From contig PS015536.1 of the NCBI GenBank assembly GCA_048213135.1, positions 74,173-125,198 on the forward strand: a stretch of 51,026 bases of DNA, in the 5' to 3' direction. The DNA is from Reclinomonas americana ATCC 50394. Its lineage: Eukaryota. This document shows, in pieces, positions 47,912 through 51,026 of the stretch; position 1 is the stretch's first letter, and the number at the start of each line of letters is the position of its first letter. The notes under the pieces are model-generated. The model was given only the letters and a program-made list of their open reading frames with translations. It made no database searches and had not been told where the DNA came from. Position numbers and translations under genes: made by a program.

Positions 47912-50900
47912 ATTGCATGCATGCATGCTCCACAACAGATGATTGCATCGGGATCGCAAGGTCGCGTGGTCATTCACAAACTGGGAGCCAATGGAGCGGT
48001 GTGTGTCTCTCTCCCGCTCTCTCCCTCCCTCTCTCATTAACACACCACTGATACCCTGCACATTCCTCTCCTCTCTCTCAGTGGCTGGTGGATGCGGTGC
48101 TGATGCTGAACGAGGAGGAGGTGACATCGCTCTCGTGGAGTCTGGAGGGCACGAATCTGGTGGTGGGCGGCTCGGCGCTGTCGCTGTGGCGTGCCAGAGA
48201 GTCCATGCAGCAGGTAAGTACAGTGCGTGTGGAGAGAGAGAGAGAGCAATTCTCACTCGTTGGCGTAGGCGGAGGACGATGAAGCCGACAATGGCCTCGC
48301 GTACCGGCGAGTCTGGCGCGCGGACAGCGCATCGCGGATTCTCAAGGTCGCCTACTCGCCCGACGATCGCTACTTTGTGTCGATTGCGGAGAACTCGCGC
48401 ATTGCGCGCCTGTGGTACCTCAGTCAGGATGGTGTGCGGGATGCATTCCATGCTCCCAGATTCGCCAGAAATCTCACTTTCGTTTCTCCCAGCCTTCATG
48501 TTGGACGTGTTCCTCACGCATCCGCGTGCCGTGACAAGCGTCAGCTGGAAACTGGACGAGTTGTCGGACTCGCACAAGTTACGCTGCATCCGTGCTTCCC
48601 CACCGCAGAGAACCTGCTCAATTCTCGTGTGATGATGATTCCAGATGGCGACCTGCCTCACTGGTGACCGCTTGCCTCGACGGCACTGTGCGTGTGTGGT
48701 GCGAGTCTGGCAAGAGCGAGGATATGCTGTTCTTTGTCACTTGCGCCTTCCGCTCGAGTTCCGAAGTCGGTCGGCACGTGTCGTCCGTGGGCTTTTTGCA
48801 CAGTCTCGAAGCATTGCGGTGCATTTGAGGAATCGCATGTCTCTCTCTCTCTTTGTTTCTAGTGGATACTCATATTTGTGCAAATCAGGTCTGCGCGTCG
48901 CACATCGCGACTCGATCAAGTAGACGGCGGTCATGCCACGGCCTCCACCACTCTGCTCTCCAACGTCAAGGGTTGGTAGTCATCTTACTTTCCTCTCTCC
49001 GCTCCACCCCTCACTCTTCCTCTCCGCAGTGGCCGAGTCGCCGGTGTGCTGGCTGTACGCGGTGGATGACCGCGGAACCTTCTCGATCCACATTATCGAT
49101 GGGTTGTCGGACCGCCCGCGTCGGACACCGAAAGAGATGCTCTGGATGCGCATGGTGCGTCCGTGTGTATGCACACTTCACGCGCTACTTCTGTCCTCAC
49201 CATTCTCTCTTCTTTCCTTCATAGCCGGAGGCCTTTGACCGCGGTCTGGCGTGCTCCACGGGCTTCATGGCGCGCCTGTCGGCCAAGACCGCCGCCACCG
49301 AGGTCATCTTGTATGCCACAGAACCGCGCGGCCTGCTGAAACAGTATCGGCTGCTTACGGACAGCGCCAAGGACGCGCCCAACTCGTTGCGTCACTCGTC
49401 TCTTGCCTCACGCTGCCGCCGTCCTCGTGTGTGTGTGTACTCACGATGCGTCGCAGTGGCACGTCGGAGCTGTCGACGCAGCGCATCCATGCCGGCACGG
49501 TGGCGCATCCCCGTCGCATCCACGTGCATCGACTGGAACGCGTGTGTGCCATCATCTCGAAGCACGAGGCCATCATTGCGCACGTTCGCCAACTCAAGGT
49601 TACTCGCCACTCCTTTTGCGTCGTGACGCCCGCACTCATCGACCTCCGTCGCGCAGTTTGGCACCGCCGGCAACCTCATCAGCATCATTCAGAGCATTGG
49701 ACGACTGACCTCGTCGACATTCTGCTGGACTCCGCGCCTGGTCACCTTCCTGGCCGTCGTGCAAGATGCCATCACTCTCTTCCAGATCCACGCTCCGGAG
49801 AAAGACGGCATTGATCCCACGTCGCCGCAGCAGAACGTGGTGCTGCCCATCATGGCGATCCGTGAGTCGGCCGGCATGCGCATCGAGCACGTGCACTCGT
49901 TTGTGCGATACAATGGTCTCACACTGTGTGTCTTCTACCAAGCTCGTCTTCGTGCTGCTCATACTCTTTTCGTTGTGCAGCGCCGGATACGCAGTTGGTA
50001 GTGGTGGCCACCGGCGGCGACGACTCGTGTGAGGTGTACTGCTGGGTTCTGGACATGGAGGCTGGTGCGTTTGCTGTCGCCTTTTCCCCCTTAATGGGAA
50101 TCTCATGATGCGCGCGGCATGCAGATGGAGACCAGCGTGTGGTGCTGGAGTCGTCAGTGTACCTCGAGTCGCCGATTCTGTCGATTGATGGCATTGGCGA
50201 GAACCGCGTGTGTGTTGGATGCAAGGACGGCAAGGTGCGCTTCCTGCAGGCGAACGGACCCGGTGATTTTGCGCAAGTGGGCGACATGCAGATTGGTCAC
50301 GGCCCGGTGGTCGTCGTCAATGTTTTCGAGGCATTCATCTGCATTGGTAGGCAGGCGGTGTGTGGTGTTGAAAGTCGATTGGCATCAGTGCTCACTGCAC
50401 TTGCTACACAGTGTGCGACGATCGTCACGACACTGTGCAAGTGTGGGAATTCGAGTCCGAATATCCCACTTTGCGCAAGTCGTGGGAGCTGTCAGTCGGG
50501 TGCGCACACCGTGGGGCCATGGGCGCTTCACTTGGGGGAATCGTGTGTTCACTCCTTTCCCTCCTCTTGTCACAGTGGAGAGATTTTCCGCAGCGAGGGT
50601 CGCATGTCGCCTGGCGGCTCGGTGCAGATTTTGGTGGCCCACTCCGGTGGAGTGACGCTCGCCGAGCTCGATCGTGGTCAGTGGCTCGTCTCGGCAACGC
50701 TACCGACGTTGAGTTTGTCTGCTGCTCCAGCGTATCATGTGGGTCTGCGTCTCACCCTTGCTACGCCTGCACAGCGAGTACGCCGCATTGTGCGTGTCGG
50801 CGCTCCCCTCTTCGCACTTTATCATGAGCACCGCGGATCGTGTGTCTGTGAAGATGTGCACTGTCGATCGAGAGTACAGTTTTGTCGCCGCAACCATGTT

Positions 50901-51026
50901 CTGCTGCTGTCAGGAATGACTCAACTCGGTGCCATTCACAGACGCTGGCCTTCCCACCTACCATCCTCGTCTCCTCACCGAGTACCTCATGGAGGGCGCA
51001 TTTGCGCGTGTCGGAAAGGTCTCGTC
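47519..51026 (+). CDS. DmX-like/Rabconnectin-3alpha/Rav1 WD40 protein, 5' part (continues beyond window)
   Basis: LSWSLEGTNLVVGGSALSLW, YSPDDRYFVSI, FLTHPRAVTSVSWK, LVTACLDGTVRVWCES. Confidence 0.8.
47849..47908. repeat. (CA)n microsatellite in an intron, representative of many CA/GA tracts
   Basis: Long CA run. Similar (CT)n runs at ~5993-6019, 12750-12785, 29541-29578 and 34194-34229. Confidence 0.95.

Noticed and set aside
1-51026. Alternative genetic code / stop readthrough
   Set aside because: In-frame stops in the conserved genes I traced fall inside plausible introns, and TAA, TAG and TGA all serve as terminal stops.

Overview
Gene-dense, intron-rich eukaryotic scaffold with six N gaps and abundant CA/GA microsatellites. 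It looks like a flagellated protist; the lineage cannot be named from sequence alone. I reconstructed about 21 spliced genes by hand: two GT77-like glycosyltransferase paralogs, a half-size ABCA, a tandem EF-hand protein, EIPR1, two Cys-less pentameric ligand-gated ion channels, a hemerythrin, MscS, a CENP-M-like protein, a C2-clathrin light chain fusion, a divergent chaperonin, NELF-A, an intronless WD40, IQCH, calpain, NAA60, Csm1, RPA2, Ap4A phosphorylase and DmX-like/Rav1. The main discovery is a large second class of 5' splice sites. About 45 frame-verified donors read GT-T-GCG/GAG/ACG, i.e. the ordinary GTGCG/GTGAG/GTACG motif shifted by one nucleotide, and 41 of the 45 lack the exonic -1 G. 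This suggests genome-scale use of shifted-register U1/U6 recognition or a variant snRNA. All exon boundaries are manual inferences from reading frame and remembered family motifs, without RNA data or database searches.
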